Below are positions 12,601 to 26,430 of a stretch of 64,000 nt of DNA, piece by piece (the first letter of the stretch is position 1; the number at the start of each line of letters is the position of its first letter). The position numbers were made by a program, and so were the translations under genes. The DNA comes from Octopus sinensis (Eukaryota). The notes under the pieces were generated by a model. The model saw only the letters and a list, made by a program, of their open reading frames with translations. It was not told where the DNA came from and did not search any database. Where the stretch lies: NCBI RefSeq assembly GCF_006345805.1, contig NC_043004.1, positions 59,644,001 through 59,708,000 of the forward strand. Direction: 5' to 3'.

Positions 12601-13492
12601 TGTAGAATAGAAAAGAATATATGCTTATGCATGCCTTCCCGCATGCGCGAAAGTGCACCTACAATTCATTGGGTTCTCTCTGCTGTCACAAAAGTGGAAC
12701 GCGTTAGGCATTAAGAATGCGGAGAAATAGATTCGATAGAATTATATAGGTTTAAGGGTGATTCATTCACTGTTTAGTAGAGCATGGGCATATACGATTT
12801 CTAGTATATTTACTTTCCTGTGAAATTTTTCTTCTTTGTTTGAGAACTACTAAACTATCATTTATTTTACATTTCTGCAAATTTATTTTAATTTTTAAAT
12901 TGAAAATAGTTTATGATAGTTTCTAATTTCATCCACTCTATGAAAACATAGATTGAAACTTCCCACGACGATATTGAGTGCAGAAACTCAAGTGATTTAT
13001 CCAAATTTCTCAAACATTGAATACGCTTCGCCGTAACTGCTACAGCGCCGCGCAACTTGTGGAATATAATAAAAGACGAAATGAGAAAAAAAAAAGAAAA
13101 TAATAAAGAAGAAATATCACTTTGAAAGCGGAAAATCATTTATATCAACAGACAATCGGGATACATTTTTATTTGAAGCTGTTTAATGTCACTTCATTTA
13201 ACAGCACTTTTATCTTGCGTTCTTTGGCTTTATATTCAAAAAACATGAATCAGGGATTCCACGCATTCTGCCAAATAGTTTAACGTGAAACTACATTTAA
13301 TTGTTTGGCTCTATTCATGTTGAAATAAGAAGGTTTAAGCATCCTCTAATTTACGGATATCATCAGTTTGAAAGATTTCAAAGGCGTTTTACATAACATC
13401 AAATAATACTCATCCATATTTTATTGTATGCCTCTTAATAGCATTGGAAATAATAAAAAAATACAAGTGCTTTGTAAATCTTTTCAGATGTA

Positions 13493-13535
<43 letters not shown>

Positions 13536-13717
13536 TCGCGCGCGTGAATGTGAGCTTGCTTGCAGACAAGTTTACTTCAATTATTTTTATCTCAACTAAT
13601 GTTTCACACGGCTGAGATTTTTCAAGAGAATGCAGTTTTGGTGTTGTTTTTGTGATGCTAATGAAATTGATGACGGTTATAATGATGATAATGAAGATGA
13701 TGGTCATCATCATGATC

Positions 13718-13719
<2 letters not shown>

Positions 13720-13765
<46 letters not shown>

Positions 13766-13900
13766 GAATAATAATAATAAATAATAATAATAATAATATA
13801 ATAATAAATAATAATAATAAAATAATAATAATAATAATAATAATAAATAATAATAATAATAATAATAATAATATAATAATAATAATAAAATAATAATAAC

Positions 13901-13952
<52 letters not shown>

Positions 13953-13955
13953 TAT
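13720..13955. repeat. (AAT)n microsatellite
   Basis: Directly visible; precedes the RLE LINE remnant. Confidence 0.95.
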
Positions 13956-13979
13956 TATATAATATATACAGCAGCCTCT

Positions 13980-16500
13980 GTGGCCTCAAAAGAAGCAGGA
14001 TAACCCCTAAAACCCATCCAAAAAGGATATTACATCCCAACAAAAGCTTTGGATACATGATACACGGAAAAAATACAAAAGAAAAGAAAGGATCTGTCAA
14101 CCTTTAATGAAACTGGTAGACACTCACCATTACTACACATCAAGAAGAGAAGAAAAAATCTACATAAATGCAAAATTACAGAACAAGGTATATCTGAAGT
14201 AAAAGAACAGCTAAAGCAAGATATCTTCGCCAAAGTACAAAGAATCCGTGTGTATGAGAAACACCAACGTTTCTTTGCAAAAATAAACAGTTCAACTCCA
14301 ACCTCATAAGGTTCTACCAAAAATTTGGCAAACATGAAATAGAGATCAATGTAACACCAACAGAAGAAAGAGTGGAAGAATTTTGGAAAGAAATATAGTA
14401 GGCAAAGATCTATCAAAACAACGAATACAGTACCTGAACAGCTCTGGACCCTTATAACAACTGAAGAGATCACCCAGGCACTGCAAACAGTAAGCAAATG
14501 GAAGGCACTGGGGCACGAGAAGATCCCCATTTCTGGTTAAAACACATAAAAAGCTGTGTGAGAAATTTAATGGAATACTAATCGAGCCAGAGACAATGCC
14601 TGAATGGCTCACGGAAGCAAAAACTATCCTTATTCTCAAACCCGCGGAAATGGCAAACCCACAAAATTACAGACCGATAACTTGTCTCCTTACAATTTAC
14701 AAAACCTGTACTGCGGTAATATCGCAGGGAATGAGCAAACATCTGGAAAAAAAACAATCTGTTTCTAGAAGAGCAGAAGGAATCAGCCACTGATCAATAA
14801 AGCCATATCTGTAGAGAAAAGAAGGGATTGAGTATGCCCTGGGTCGATTACCGAAAGTCTTTTGATAGTATTCCACAGACATGTATCCAAGAAACACCAG
14901 CCAGGAACGAAGTACCACCAATAATCATAACATAAAAAAACATTCCGTGAATAAATAGCAGACAGTGCTAGAGTTCCAGACAAAAGAGAAACTACTCATA
15001 AAAACCAAAGCCATCCCCATTAGAATAGGAATATTCTAGGAAGACACGCTCTCTCCACTACTTTTCTGCTTCTCACTGACACCTTTACCTCACATGCTTA
15101 ACAGAACTGGATGTAGATACTGTAATGCAAAACAATCAGCCACATCTTATATATGCTTTATCTAAAACTGTACGTTACAAATGATAAACAGCTGGAAATA
15201 TTACTACAGACAGTATACGGATTTATCAAAGAAATAAACATAAAATTTGGCATAGAAAAATGTGCCAAAGCATCTTTGAAAAACGGAAAACTAGTTAAGA
15301 GTAACAACATCACACGAGATAAAGTAAATGAAAACAGAGAATTAGACCAAAGCCAGACATACAAATATTTATGAATCAATGAACTTGATACGATACAACA
15401 TATAGAAATGAAAGAGAAGATAAGAAGAGAATACTATAAACTAGTTAGATTAATACTGAAAACAGAGTTCATTGTGAAAAGTATGATAATAGGTATCAAC
15501 AGTTTAGCCGTCCCAGTTATAAGTTACAGCTACAATATTCTTAACTGAAAGACATGAAAACAAGAAACAGACAGCATTTAGGATGTACCACCCAAAATGT
15601 GATAGAGGAAGGTTATATATACAACGAATCGAAGGTGGTAGATGCTTTATAGATATAGAAAACTATTACAAAATAAACACCATTGGACTACAGGAATATC
15701 TACTTCAGAAGCAAGGAAAACTAATACAAATAGCCGCAAAGTGAACAAAACAGAAAACTGTTATTAGTTTTTTACAGAAAGTGTCAAATACAAAAAATAT
15801 AAATAATAATTGGAACGAAAGTTGTAAAACAAATGATATCTAAACTAAAACTGGAACAGTAACGGATCATCATACAACGATGGCTAAAAAGCTCCTTCAT
15901 GGCAAATATTTGGTTAAAATAAACAGAAAAGAAATTGACAAAGCAAAATCCCAACAATAGCTCAGAAGTTCAGGACTCAAAGCAAAGTCTAAAGGACTTT
16001 TAATTGGAGCACAAGATCAAAGCCTTCTCACCAGAAATTGCCAAAACCATGTAATGAGAAGAAATACAAGTAACTGCAAAGTACTTGGTGACGGCAAAGA
16101 AGCAATAATTCATATTTCTGTAGCTGCTCAGTCCTGGCTAAGAAGGAATATACTCACAGATACGACAAAGTTGGGATCTATATACCCCGGAAGCTATGCT
16201 AACACTATGAAATTACAGCGAAAAAAAAGATGGTATAGGCACACCCAGAAAAGGTCACGGAAACGGATAAAGCAATCATACTCTAGAATATGCCAATACA
16301 CACAAATAAGCCAATTAAGGACCAATGGGCGGCATATACTTATCAGAAATCACTAATAAAACAAATGCTTTCTAATCGATGTATCAATACCAACAGATGA
16401 CAATGCCTCTCTAAAAGAAGCAGAGAAACTATCAAAATACAAAGATCTGGAAATAGAGGTAACTCGAATATGGAGTCTAAAAGCTGAAACAATTTCTATA
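13980..16500 (+). pseudogene. degenerate R4/Dong-type non-LTR retrotransposon (RT + C-terminal RLE endonuclease)
   Basis: Fragmented frames give NYRPITCLLTIYK, DYRKSFDSI, TLSPLLFC, LKLYVTND, KFGIEKCA, YKYL, QDQSLLTRNCQ and FLIDVSIPTDDNASLKEAEKLSKYKDLEIE; many stops and frameshifts. Confidence 0.85.
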
Positions 16501-16642
16501 ATTAGGCACCTCGATGTAAACTCCACCTGTTTCGGTTTTTTATTGTTATTTTTGTTTTTGTGTGATATAAATCATCCTCCAATATTGTCCTCCATGTCTT
16601 GAGCCCTTGTGGCAAATAAAAGAAATCCTCCTCCTCCTCCTC

Positions 16643-16678
<36 letters not shown>

Positions 16679-16732
16679 TTATTATTATTATTATTTTATT
16701 ATTATTATTACTATTAATAATATTATTATTAA

Positions 16733-16908
16733 TGGTGAACTGGTAGAATCCTTAGCACGTTTTTCAAAATGCTTAGCGGCAATTCGGGGTCGACTTTGCC
16801 TTCCATCTTTGCGGATTTGATAAATTAAGCACTAGTGAAACACTGGGATCGAAGTAATCAACCAGTCACTTCCTTCAAAACTTCAGGCCTTGTGCCTATA
16901 ATAGAAAT
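16733..16908 (+). mobile_element. degenerate SINE copy (core family)
   Basis: ATGGTGAACTGGTAGAATCCTTAGCACG head, GTCGACTTTGCCTTCCATC core, TTGTGCCTATAATAGAAA tail. Confidence 0.75.
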
Positions 16909-17059
16909 AAAGACACAGGTTGGGTGTATTATTGCATAGAATGCAGTAATTTTAATTCAACGGCGTTCTGTAAAAGATTGGTATCTACAGAACATCATTG
17001 TAGCCACTTCATTGGGAACTACAAATATACACATACAAGATGTGAAGCCGATAGGTTAT

Positions 17060-17260
17060 CAACGGTGACTGAATTGTGTTGTTCTTTCCAAGAAACAAGA
17101 CACGATAATGAATTTTTTTCACAAATCAATCATGAGTGATGAAGATTATTTTCACATAAATGGTGTTGTCAATAAACAGACAGCAGATTTTGAGGTGCCA
17201 AAACATCCGAGAACCATCCATCAACGTCAATAGCATCCTTTCAGAGATACAGTTTGGTCT
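17060..17260 (+). pseudogene. Tc1/mariner transposase fragment
   Basis: Translation MSDEDYFHINGVVNKQ...HPRTIHQRQ*HP..TVW resembles the SDEAHFHLNG.VNKQN first catalytic-Asp block. Confidence 0.6.
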
Positions 17261-18079
17261 TCGAAAATACAAAACAGCAATGCAGTAAAATGATGTCATT
17301 TACATTCATACATACCTACATATATGTATGTATGTATGTATGTATGTACGTATGTATGTATATACCTATATATATGTGTATCTATATGTATATATATATT
17401 GACAAATTCGAACATTTCTGTGATGTAGTAATCATAATCGACTGAGACTCTACAGGGACACCCAAATTGAACACCACCCTATCTTTATCAGAATTATACC
17501 AGATTGGTTTGAAGAAATGAAATTGTGACAGACAGTGGTGAAACTAACACAATTTTTATGTTTTTCAGCAGATCTATATAGGAATAGCATTTATCAGATC
17601 TCGAGAATTGTAATACAATTCTTAGTTTCTTCAATTTCGACAGACAACTTAAAGATTATTTAAGGCAAAATTTTTACCCCATTTAAAATATTACTGACCA
17701 ATTCAAATACACTGCGGTTGTATCTAGATCCAAGCTATTCACTAGATATATTACATTGGTTTACAAATTTAGTTTTTGCTCTGCGGCAAGGATGTTAATA
17801 GGTGTTTTTACTAATGTTAATGTGTTGAATTCAATTTTCTGAAAAGTTTTGCCCTTTCACCTCTAGTTTTTTTTCTTTTGCTTTCACATATCCCATTTTC
17901 ATTATACTGCATATAAATTCAAAATATATTATTTTTATTTCATCTGTCACAAAGGCATATTACAAAACAAACAAAAAACAGTAGAGATACAGGACATTGA
18001 TAGAACTAAATTACTTGCATAATACAATATACATAAATCATAGTACAACAGACAGTTGGAAGTGAATTGTTTTGAACGA

Positions 18080-19720
18080 TCTTGTGCACTGTGCTTCTGG
18101 GATGTCACACAAGAGCATCCAGCAAAATTCCCCATAATGCTGGGGTTCTACTTGCCTTGGTAGTTGCTCTCCTTCTTAGTAATGTATTGATGGAGCCTTC
18201 CCCCCTGCCCATCACACACTGCTCCGAGCTTCGAAGTGAAGAAGTTGAAGTGGGAGTGGAAAAACTGACATTCTAAATCCCAAACCCTCATAAGACTGTA
18301 AAAACTTCTCGATACACACTTGGTAATCTATTATCCGTTTATTACGGTTATTGACTAAAATGGTTTCCATGCTCTAAGCTCGTTTAAGATAAGGATTAGA
18401 GGTATGAGTTCCGACGAAGATGCCCTCCTTGATCTTAGCAGAACTCAGAGCTGGAAACAGAGTGCACAAGTACTAGAAGGCAGCGCCATTTTTGTCCATG
18501 GCCTTCACGAAATCTTCATTAAATTAAGAATGATATGAAGAGGAGGGAGAAGCACCTTGTTCATATCCACCAGAAGATTTTCATGGGACAATGTGTTTAC
18601 TAGCCACGAAAGTGCTCATAAGTCCCTAGTACTTCTACTTTTAATGCTTGGACACAAATCAACGGTTCCAGAGATAGAGAAAGCAATAATGATTTGTGAA
18701 GCCCAATAGCATATCCATAAAGAGCCCAGTGACTTTGAAATCCCCGCAGAGACCCCACTGTTGCTTGTTGTAGTTTACAGCTTCCAAAAGGAGAAGCATA
18801 TTGTCATACGACTTCTTCAGATGGACTGAGTAGGCAATGGAATCGCTGGGACATTTATTTTCATTGTGCAAGAGCACACTCTTCAGACTCCGCTTGAAAC
18901 TCTTTATGAAAAAACGGCTGAGGAATTATGTGAGAAACCAAGGAAAGTTAACAAGGCAGAGACATTTGTGCAGCAGCACAACCTATTTTCCATGTCGAAG
19001 AATGACGCTAAGTCCTGGTTCCGTGTCTTGAAACTGGTGATCCTTACATCTGCTTTGACCAGGTTCCACTTCTTAACATGACTGGTACTTAGATAAATAG
19101 AAATCATGGTCAAGGTTATTCAGGTCCACGTGCGTGATCCAGTGGGTATCATTGCCAATTGTTCCTGAAAAAACAGAGACATTGGCTTCAGAATGGATCA
19201 ATTTGGCAGAATATTCCCCTGAAAGCATTTCTTCATCTGATGGAGGAAGAAAGCCCTTATTTGCCGGGGGATTAGGGACAGGGAGATAATCTGAGAGGAG
19301 AACAGGTCTCATAGCTGAGGAAAGGTTGGGGTACTTGATATTTTAACTAGAAGAAGCATCGAAACCAGCTACATGTTTTAGACAAAAATAACAATCATCT
19401 GCATGGCTTCGTGGCTCTTTCCAGACCATCGGGACTGCAAAGTTAGTCCATTGTAGCGGAGTTTACAACAGATGTGTGGGTCCAGTATTTATCCTCATCT
19501 CCAATTCTAAAGTTAAAATAATGAAAGTAAGCAGTTCTCAGAGTGGAAGCGATTATTCAGCGCCCTGAAACTTTTGTGAAATGCCCCTACACGTAGCAGA
19601 ATGAATTTGTTTTGTTGATGCATCCTCGGTGTCCGGGTATGTCTGAAGCCATGGTAGAGATATATATCGTATGTATCACAAAAATCTGGAAAACAAAATA
19701 AAAATTTATCATATATATGG
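18080..19720 (-). pseudogene. degenerate DNA-transposon transposase, probably Chapaev/CMC-type (family name from recall)
   Basis: Minus-strand frames give RGCINKTNSFCY, IGDEDKYW...CC, VPMVWKEPRSHADDCYFC, LLHNENKCPSDSIAYSVHLKKSYDN, LCGDFKV...GFTNHYCFLYLWNR, LPPLHI...FVKAMDK, SAKIKEGIFVG and FFHSHF...LGAVCDGQGE. Confidence 0.75.
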
Positions 19721-20924
19721 TTACGTGAATTGTCGCAAAACCCTAATAACGTGTATCTCAAAAATTAGAGATGATGAGTGAAAACTAGTTTTGTATCTGA
19801 AATCATCACTCAAAATTAGGCTAAAACAACTATTTTTATGTTCAACACAATTTCTCTATAAACCAGTGTTAATTAGGCTATGATGGAAATATTATTTGGT
19901 CATTATTAATCCTAAATATAAGCTATAGATAAGAGAAGACAGGTTGAGTTAATGAGAATTCTAAAGGTAAATGACCAATATATTTTTCAGCAGTGAATAT
20001 ATATTTCAAATAAATTGCTTTCCATAAAATAATTAACATTTAACGACTAAGATAATTGTAATATGTTTGAGAAAAATTAAGATGAAAAGTAATTAAAAAT
20101 AAATTTAAAATGATTGTATTTCTCAACAGGGCCTGCTCTATTTAACTTTACCCAGAACAAATTTTTAAATAAAATCGGCAATTAGTAATTGGTGCTATAA
20201 AGGCAGATATAGCCTGGGCCATTCTTTGGCTCAAACATAACTAGATTATTTTTACTATCAACCTAATTACAGAATTTATCTTGAAAATTAATTTAAAAAA
20301 ACGATAATAACAACGACAACGACAAGAACAAGAACAACATACACATATACATTATATTTATTTACACCCACCCATACACACATACGCACACTCTAACACA
20401 CACGGGAACGGTATTATAACGAATCACTGTTTTTCGACTAACATACAATTACATGTCATACATATAATGCCCATGCATTTGTTAATGCTTCGGCGTCGGA
20501 GGGACATGCCGAATATACATATATGCTTGTATGTTCATTCACTATCACAGTATTCTTACATAAATGAATATTATAGAATCCTTTGCAAGTATATAAATAT
20601 TTTACTACCAAATATTGTGTATTGCTTAGCATAAAACAATCTACCTGTACTGAAGACAATGAGATTACAAAAAAATATTAATACAATATTCTTGCATTCA
20701 TATCAGTAACCATGTGTGTAATTTAATCTGGTGGAATCTAGCATTATGTATTAGAAATCATCCCTAATTCTAGTGAGTATAGGTACACAAAAATACTAAT
20801 AGGCACATACATATTAAAACGCACGAACACATGCAAAAATGGTGTGATACTTACATACATTTATGCGAGTGCGCGAGTGCATGAGAATATATTCGTGGAA
20901 ATATATGTATCTGTGTATGTGCGC

Positions 20925-21120
20925 GTGTTAATATTGATTTCAAATTATGGCACAAGGCCAGGAAGTTAGGTATACGAGGTAGGTAGATTACACTGATCCC
21001 AGTGTTTAACTAGTATCTATTTTATAAACATCTAAAAGGATGAAAGGCAAAGTCGACCCTTGCGGAATTTGAACTCACAACGCATTTTGCCCGGTTTGTT
21101 AAAGTTTCAGCGAGCTGCCA
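20925..21120 (-). mobile_element. degenerate SINE copy (core family)
   Basis: GGATGAAAGGCAAAGTCGACC..GGAATTTGAACTC is the reverse complement of core and B box. Confidence 0.75.
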
Positions 21121-21153
21121 CATTTGTGCGTGTTCATATTGAACTGAAAAATA

Positions 21154-22416
21154 CAGGGTGCGTAAGATATTCGAGGACAAATTAGTTTACACTAAATAAA
21201 CATAATAACAGGTAATAAGTTTATTTATCAAAAAATGCTATTAGTTTAAAAATAACCCTTCATTTCTATAATGTTATTCAATAAAGCTACCTTCATTTCC
21301 AACAACTGCATCTATACGATATCTAAATCATCTACAAGCTTGAATCAAGTGGTCCTGGTTCATTTTGGACATTACTCTGACTATGGCATCTTTCAAAGTA
21401 TCTTTCTTGCTATGGGCGCGTTCATTGACCTCTCTATCTCTCTCTCACACTCTCTCTCTCTCTCAACAACGCTCCACAAGTAATAGTCCAATGGATTGTG
21501 AGGAGGCCAAATGTTAGGGGTAGGTGATCAGGAAAATTTTCAGCTATCCATTCCTGTGTTATTAGAGCCATGTGTGATATGCTGAGTCTTACTGAAATAC
21601 ATATGGCTTTCCATTGCATAAAACGTCTATCCAGGGCTTAACAATTATTTCCAGGACCTCAATGTAGGCGGCAGATTAAGCTCTAAGTCCTTGTGGAAAG
21701 TATTAAGGAAGCATCACATGTCCTTCATTGTCTACAACCCCTAAAACAATGACAGCTGCAGGATATTTTGCATGTATAACACTTGGAATTTCCGAAGGGT
21801 CTGTTCATAACCATCTGTCATTTCTTCAGTTAACTTTTTGATCCTGGTCGAAGACAGTCTCGTTTGAGAAAAAACAAATCAAATCTTCTTCGGCTGAATT
21901 GTTCAGTTCGTTTCAGCGCCTTTTATATCTGATGTAGGAATTTTCTTTTGATTTTTCTGACAAATTGTACTTTTCTCAAATAAGACTTATATTTGAAGTC
22001 TTCGTGGACAATATTTCTGACTTTCTTCTGACACATGGAGATCTTTTGCAATTGACCTCTGGACTTGCTGGGATTGTAATCGCTGGTCTGTTGAACTTAC
22101 TGGATAAATTCAGGTATTCTGATTATTTCTTTGGTTTGATACAGGTAATACGCTTCAATCTAACTCCTTAGTTCTAACTCCTCAGTTCCTAACTCCTTAC
22201 AAACTTTGTAGGCAAAAGATCTGGCAACTTTTAAAACATCTAGATATTTCTAAATCGCTATGTTCAGCCTTTATAACAACAGTAAGAGTATGCCTCTTCA
22301 TTTCTTGAGTAAGCTGAGAGGGTCTGCCATGATTATTTTCTGAAACAAAGATTATACAGAGTTAGGAAAAAAATGCAGCAATGAGCCCAAAATGTATGTG
22401 GTCAATTACCTTACGC

Positions 22417-22421
<5 letters not shown>
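21154..22421 (-). mobile_element. degenerate Tc1/mariner element with imperfect TIRs
   Basis: TA|CAGGGTGCGTAAG at the left, CTTACGCATCC at 22410-22420; minus frames give KYPAAV..LGVVDNEGHVM, KPWID..NGKPYVFQ*DSA and TQEWIAENFPDH. Confidence 0.7.
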
Positions 22422-22423
<2 letters not shown>

Positions 22424-22507
<84 letters not shown>

Positions 22508-22528
22508 TAATATATATATATATATATA
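22424..22528. repeat. (TA)n microsatellite
   Basis: Directly visible. Confidence 0.95.
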
Positions 22529-24134
22529 AATATTTTGTTTGTAATATTTCTATTATATGTAATTTTCTAGATGGTGTAACTTAATTGTTCATTTTGAATT
22601 GATAAATGGTGTTTTTTTCTTCTAATTTATATATATATATAATATATATATATATATATAATATATATATATATATGTATGTGCGTGTGTGTGTATGTAT
22701 ATATATAATACAGTGTACATTTAAACACATTTAGAGGTTTCCATCATAGGAATACTTTACGCTAGAAGGAACAATTAGTGATAAATTCTCCGAAGGGAAT
22801 GAAAAATAAAAAAAAAATTTACCATCTATTTACTTGACCATGGTTTCTGACTTATTTTAGCAAATAAAAGTCATAAGACATTTTAAAAATATGAAATGTA
22901 TAAAATATATTTATACGGGTTTTAACTGTCCTTTCTAGCTTTAAGGAGTCCTGTGTCTTTTCTGTGTATAAAAATATTCTCTGCTCTTTATATTTTTAAA
23001 TATAAATATATATTATATTTATATAAACATATATATCCATAAATATATGTGTATGTGCATGTTGTGTGTATGCGTATGTGTGTGTGTATGTGTGTGTGTA
23101 TGTGTGTGTGTATCTTTGTGTGTAAAACTTTCAGACGGCCATAGATTTCTTCTAACTCTGTTTTCACCTAGCTTTCTCATCCTATTCAAAGTTCAAAGTA
23201 GACATACACACACGCATACACGTTTGTGTGTGTGCGTATTGTGCGTGTTTTAAACAGAGAGAGAGAGAGAGAGAGAGAGAGCTACAGAGAACAGGGAGAG
23301 AGAGAAAGCGAGAATGAGAGAATTAGAGGATACATATTGCTGTCTACGCGATTCACAAGATTCTTCACTAAGTACAATACATATTTTAACAGATTATATA
23401 TCTACCATGAAGAGTTTTCCCCGATCACGCGTCATTTGTTCACTGAGTCTGACGTATCAAAAGCGACTCTGTCATGGCGCCTATTAATATTCTCATATGG
23501 CGCCCTTTAATGTGATGTAACATATTAAAGTAAATCAAAAATACAAAACTTGCAATAATTCCCTTGGATTTCTGCTCGGAATGCTGAGTGTAATGTAAGC
23601 TATCATGTTAAATGGTCTAGTTATATCCTCGCATTAAAACACTCATGCATTCAAATTTTAATTTCAATAAACACTTAAAATGTTATATATATTTGTTCTG
23701 ATTTACTTTCTTTATTTCTCATCATCCCTGTGTTCCCGCTTTTACTCTCTCCTCTTTCTCTTTGTCTCTGACTCTCTTTCACTCCCTTCCTCACTCTGTG
23801 TATTCTCTGTTCTATTCTAAAAAAATAGTTTTATCCAAGTGTTCCCCGATTTTATTGTCATTTCATATTTCTGTTGCTTAGGGAAGTGGAAAGAATGATG
23901 GTAAATTATTGATTTTTGCAATAATTGTTTTCTTATATACGATGGTGTGTGAGATATCTAAAGGAAGTGATATTTTAAAAAGCGTTCTGAAGTTCTTTTA
24001 AGTTATTCCAAATGTTATTTAGCGGTGAAAGTGAAACTTATTTTGCATAGAAATTAGATTGGATATATGGCGCTATTTACGATCCGCCGTTATCACAGTG
24101 GTCGTTGCCAAGTAATAATAATAATAACAATAAC

Positions 24135-24172
<38 letters not shown>

Positions 24173-24173
24173 C

Positions 24174-24217
<44 letters not shown>

Positions 24218-24254
24218 TAACAATAATATAATAATAATAATAATAATACACCTC

Positions 24255-24458
24255 TCTCATTTTGGCAGAAGAAAGACCAGTAGTTTGGAGAAGAGGAAAT
24301 ATGTCGATTGCACCAATCTCAGTGCTCAACTTGTATTTAATTTATCGAACACCAATAGGATGAAAGGGAAAGTCGAATATCGACAGTATTTGAATTCAGT
24401 TCGTTAAAAGCCATGAGAAATAGCAGTAACCACTTTGTCCATCGTGCTGACGATTCTA
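24255..24458 (-). mobile_element. degenerate SINE copy (core family) beside an (AAT)n tract
   Basis: AATTTATCGA..GGATGAAAGGGAAAGTCGA..ATTTGAATTC, reverse complement of the core. Confidence 0.65.
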
Positions 24459-24505
24459 ATAACTCTGGCAACAACAACAACAACAACAATGATAATGATA
24501 ATAAT

Positions 24506-24990
24506 ATGTACATTGTTTTGTCTTGGTATAAAAGATGGGCTACAGCAAATATTCTGCTCAATACCACAGATTTGCTTGTCAGTTGTTTGACCTTCAGTTG
24601 AGCATGTCCCCTAGTGGCTGACGATATGTGCATCTCTGATCAGAAGCAGAGGTAGTGGGGGAGCATCATAGCCATGTGTTGAGAGGGATTCTTTGGGGTT
24701 TGAATAATTCACCTCTGGAAACATGGGTGGTTCTTTCAGCATCCTTAAACAACCCTTATTCAGGGACCTTTTGAGCGGGATGGGTTACTCAACCTGAAGA
24801 AAATTCTAACTGGGCCCCACCTGCAAGGTCATGTGCTGTTTATCTTGATATGAGATCCCCATGTCGCTCACATATGGTTGTGATGCATGCGCCTGGTGTA
24901 CCCTTATCAGACGGGTAGTCATGATGGGTATATTGGGCTTCGTATATTTTACCCCAGTGTCACTTTGATGGCATGAACTGCTCTCTCACT
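24506..24990 (+). repeat. ~490 bp non-coding interspersed repeat, copy 1, ending in (AAT)n
   Basis: Highly similar to 59230-59748; both end CTCTCTCACTC|AATAATAAT. Confidence 0.9.
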
Positions 24991-24991
24991 C

Positions 24992-25040
<49 letters not shown>

Positions 25041-25054
25041 TAATAATAATAATA

Positions 25055-25210
25055 AGAGCCAGTGATTTGAACAGACAGGTAGAGGAAATAGACATAAGGA
25101 CCAGTTTAGCGCTGCTCTCGAAAACACTGCTATTAGGGACTACTAGGATACTTAGGAGGGTTCTTGGCATCTAAGTTTACTTGTAGCCCGATGTTGGGAA
25201 TTTTTCTTGT
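25055..25210 (+). mobile_element. short 3' end of an R4/Dong-type LINE inside an (AAT)n array
   Basis: Encodes ...KTLLLGTTRILRRVLGI*, resembling the C-terminus VLTGTSHVLRRALSM at 63230-63272; flanked by (AAT)n on both sides. Confidence 0.6.
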
Positions 25211-25257
25211 GTGTATCATAATAATAATAATGATACTAATACTAATAATACTAATAC

Positions 25258-25358
<101 letters not shown>

Positions 25359-25424
25359 GAGTAGGATAATATTTATAATGGTAAATATGTAAACAATACC
25401 AAATCAGCACTCCTACTTACTGGT

Positions 25425-26430
25425 ATGAGCATCATCCTGAACCAGTCGTTGAAGGTAAATATCACTATCCTCTGGAATTTTCCAGTCAGCACCGACAGAA
25501 TGACTCAGGCTAAACGATCAGACATTGTCATTAAAGACGGAGAAGAAAATACTCATAGACTAATAGATGTAAGCGTTCCTACTGATGAAAGCATATCTGT
25601 AAAGGAATTTGGCAAATTAAGTAAATATAAGGACCTGGAAATAGAAATACAAAAGATGTGGCATCTTAAAGCAAGAGCTGATTAGCATAAGGGAGTGCAT
25701 CAACATTGAAAGAAGAAATACGGTAGAATATTTGGTAAACAGCAAGTAAGATCTGCAACAGTATGCTGCTAATGCAGAAGGATCTTTCAAAAATGGATTT
25801 GAGAGTGCTCATGAATTCCGATCACGTATACCCATCAAGAGAGAAGAAATTCTACTCTGCATGGAATTACGTGGTCAGTTCCATTAACAACTTAAAAGAA
25901 CAGGAATCCTCGATGAGCTAGCATGCGGGATTTAGAAAAGAATACTGAAAGTCTAATCATCGCTGTCCAAGATCAGGCAATGGATACCAACTCAGTGAAA
26001 AGAAATATATACGACACAAGTGCAACGAATCTCTGCAGAATGTATGGGAAGAGGGTCGAAAGCCTGACTCACAATGTTCGTGCTTGTAAATGTTTTGCGT
26101 AGAAATATTGCAAACACGACAATGTAGCGCAAAATCTTCGCTGGCTACTATGTCTGAAATATGGATAAGCGGTAACGTGTGCTAGGTAACAACATACACC
26201 AGAAAATGTAGTAGACTGAAAGGGAAAGGCAAAAATACTCTGGGACTTTAACTTCCAGACGGACAAGTTGTTAGAGCACCGAAGACAGGTTATAGTAACA
26301 TTTAGGATGGACAAACAAGAGTGCTTAATAGTCGATGTGGTAATGCCAGGAGATCAACATATCAAGAAAGAGAAAAGATTACTAAGTATGGAGAATTGAG
26401 ATCGTGAAGATATGGCAGCTACGAGAGTCA
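25425..26430 (+). pseudogene. two tandem degenerate RLE-LINE (R4/Dong-type) C-terminal fragments
   Basis: ILWNFPVSTDR...SDIVIKD...LIDVSVPTD...KLSKYKDLEIEIQKMWHLK (25425-25685), then AVQDQAMDTN..CRM...KHDNVAQ..KILWDFNFQTD..CLIVDV. Confidence 0.75.

Noticed and set aside
24600-24830. CTGACGA and CTGAAGA words in the ~500 bp repeat as possible hammerhead cores
   Set aside because: No stem II followed by GAAA and a cleavage triplet.
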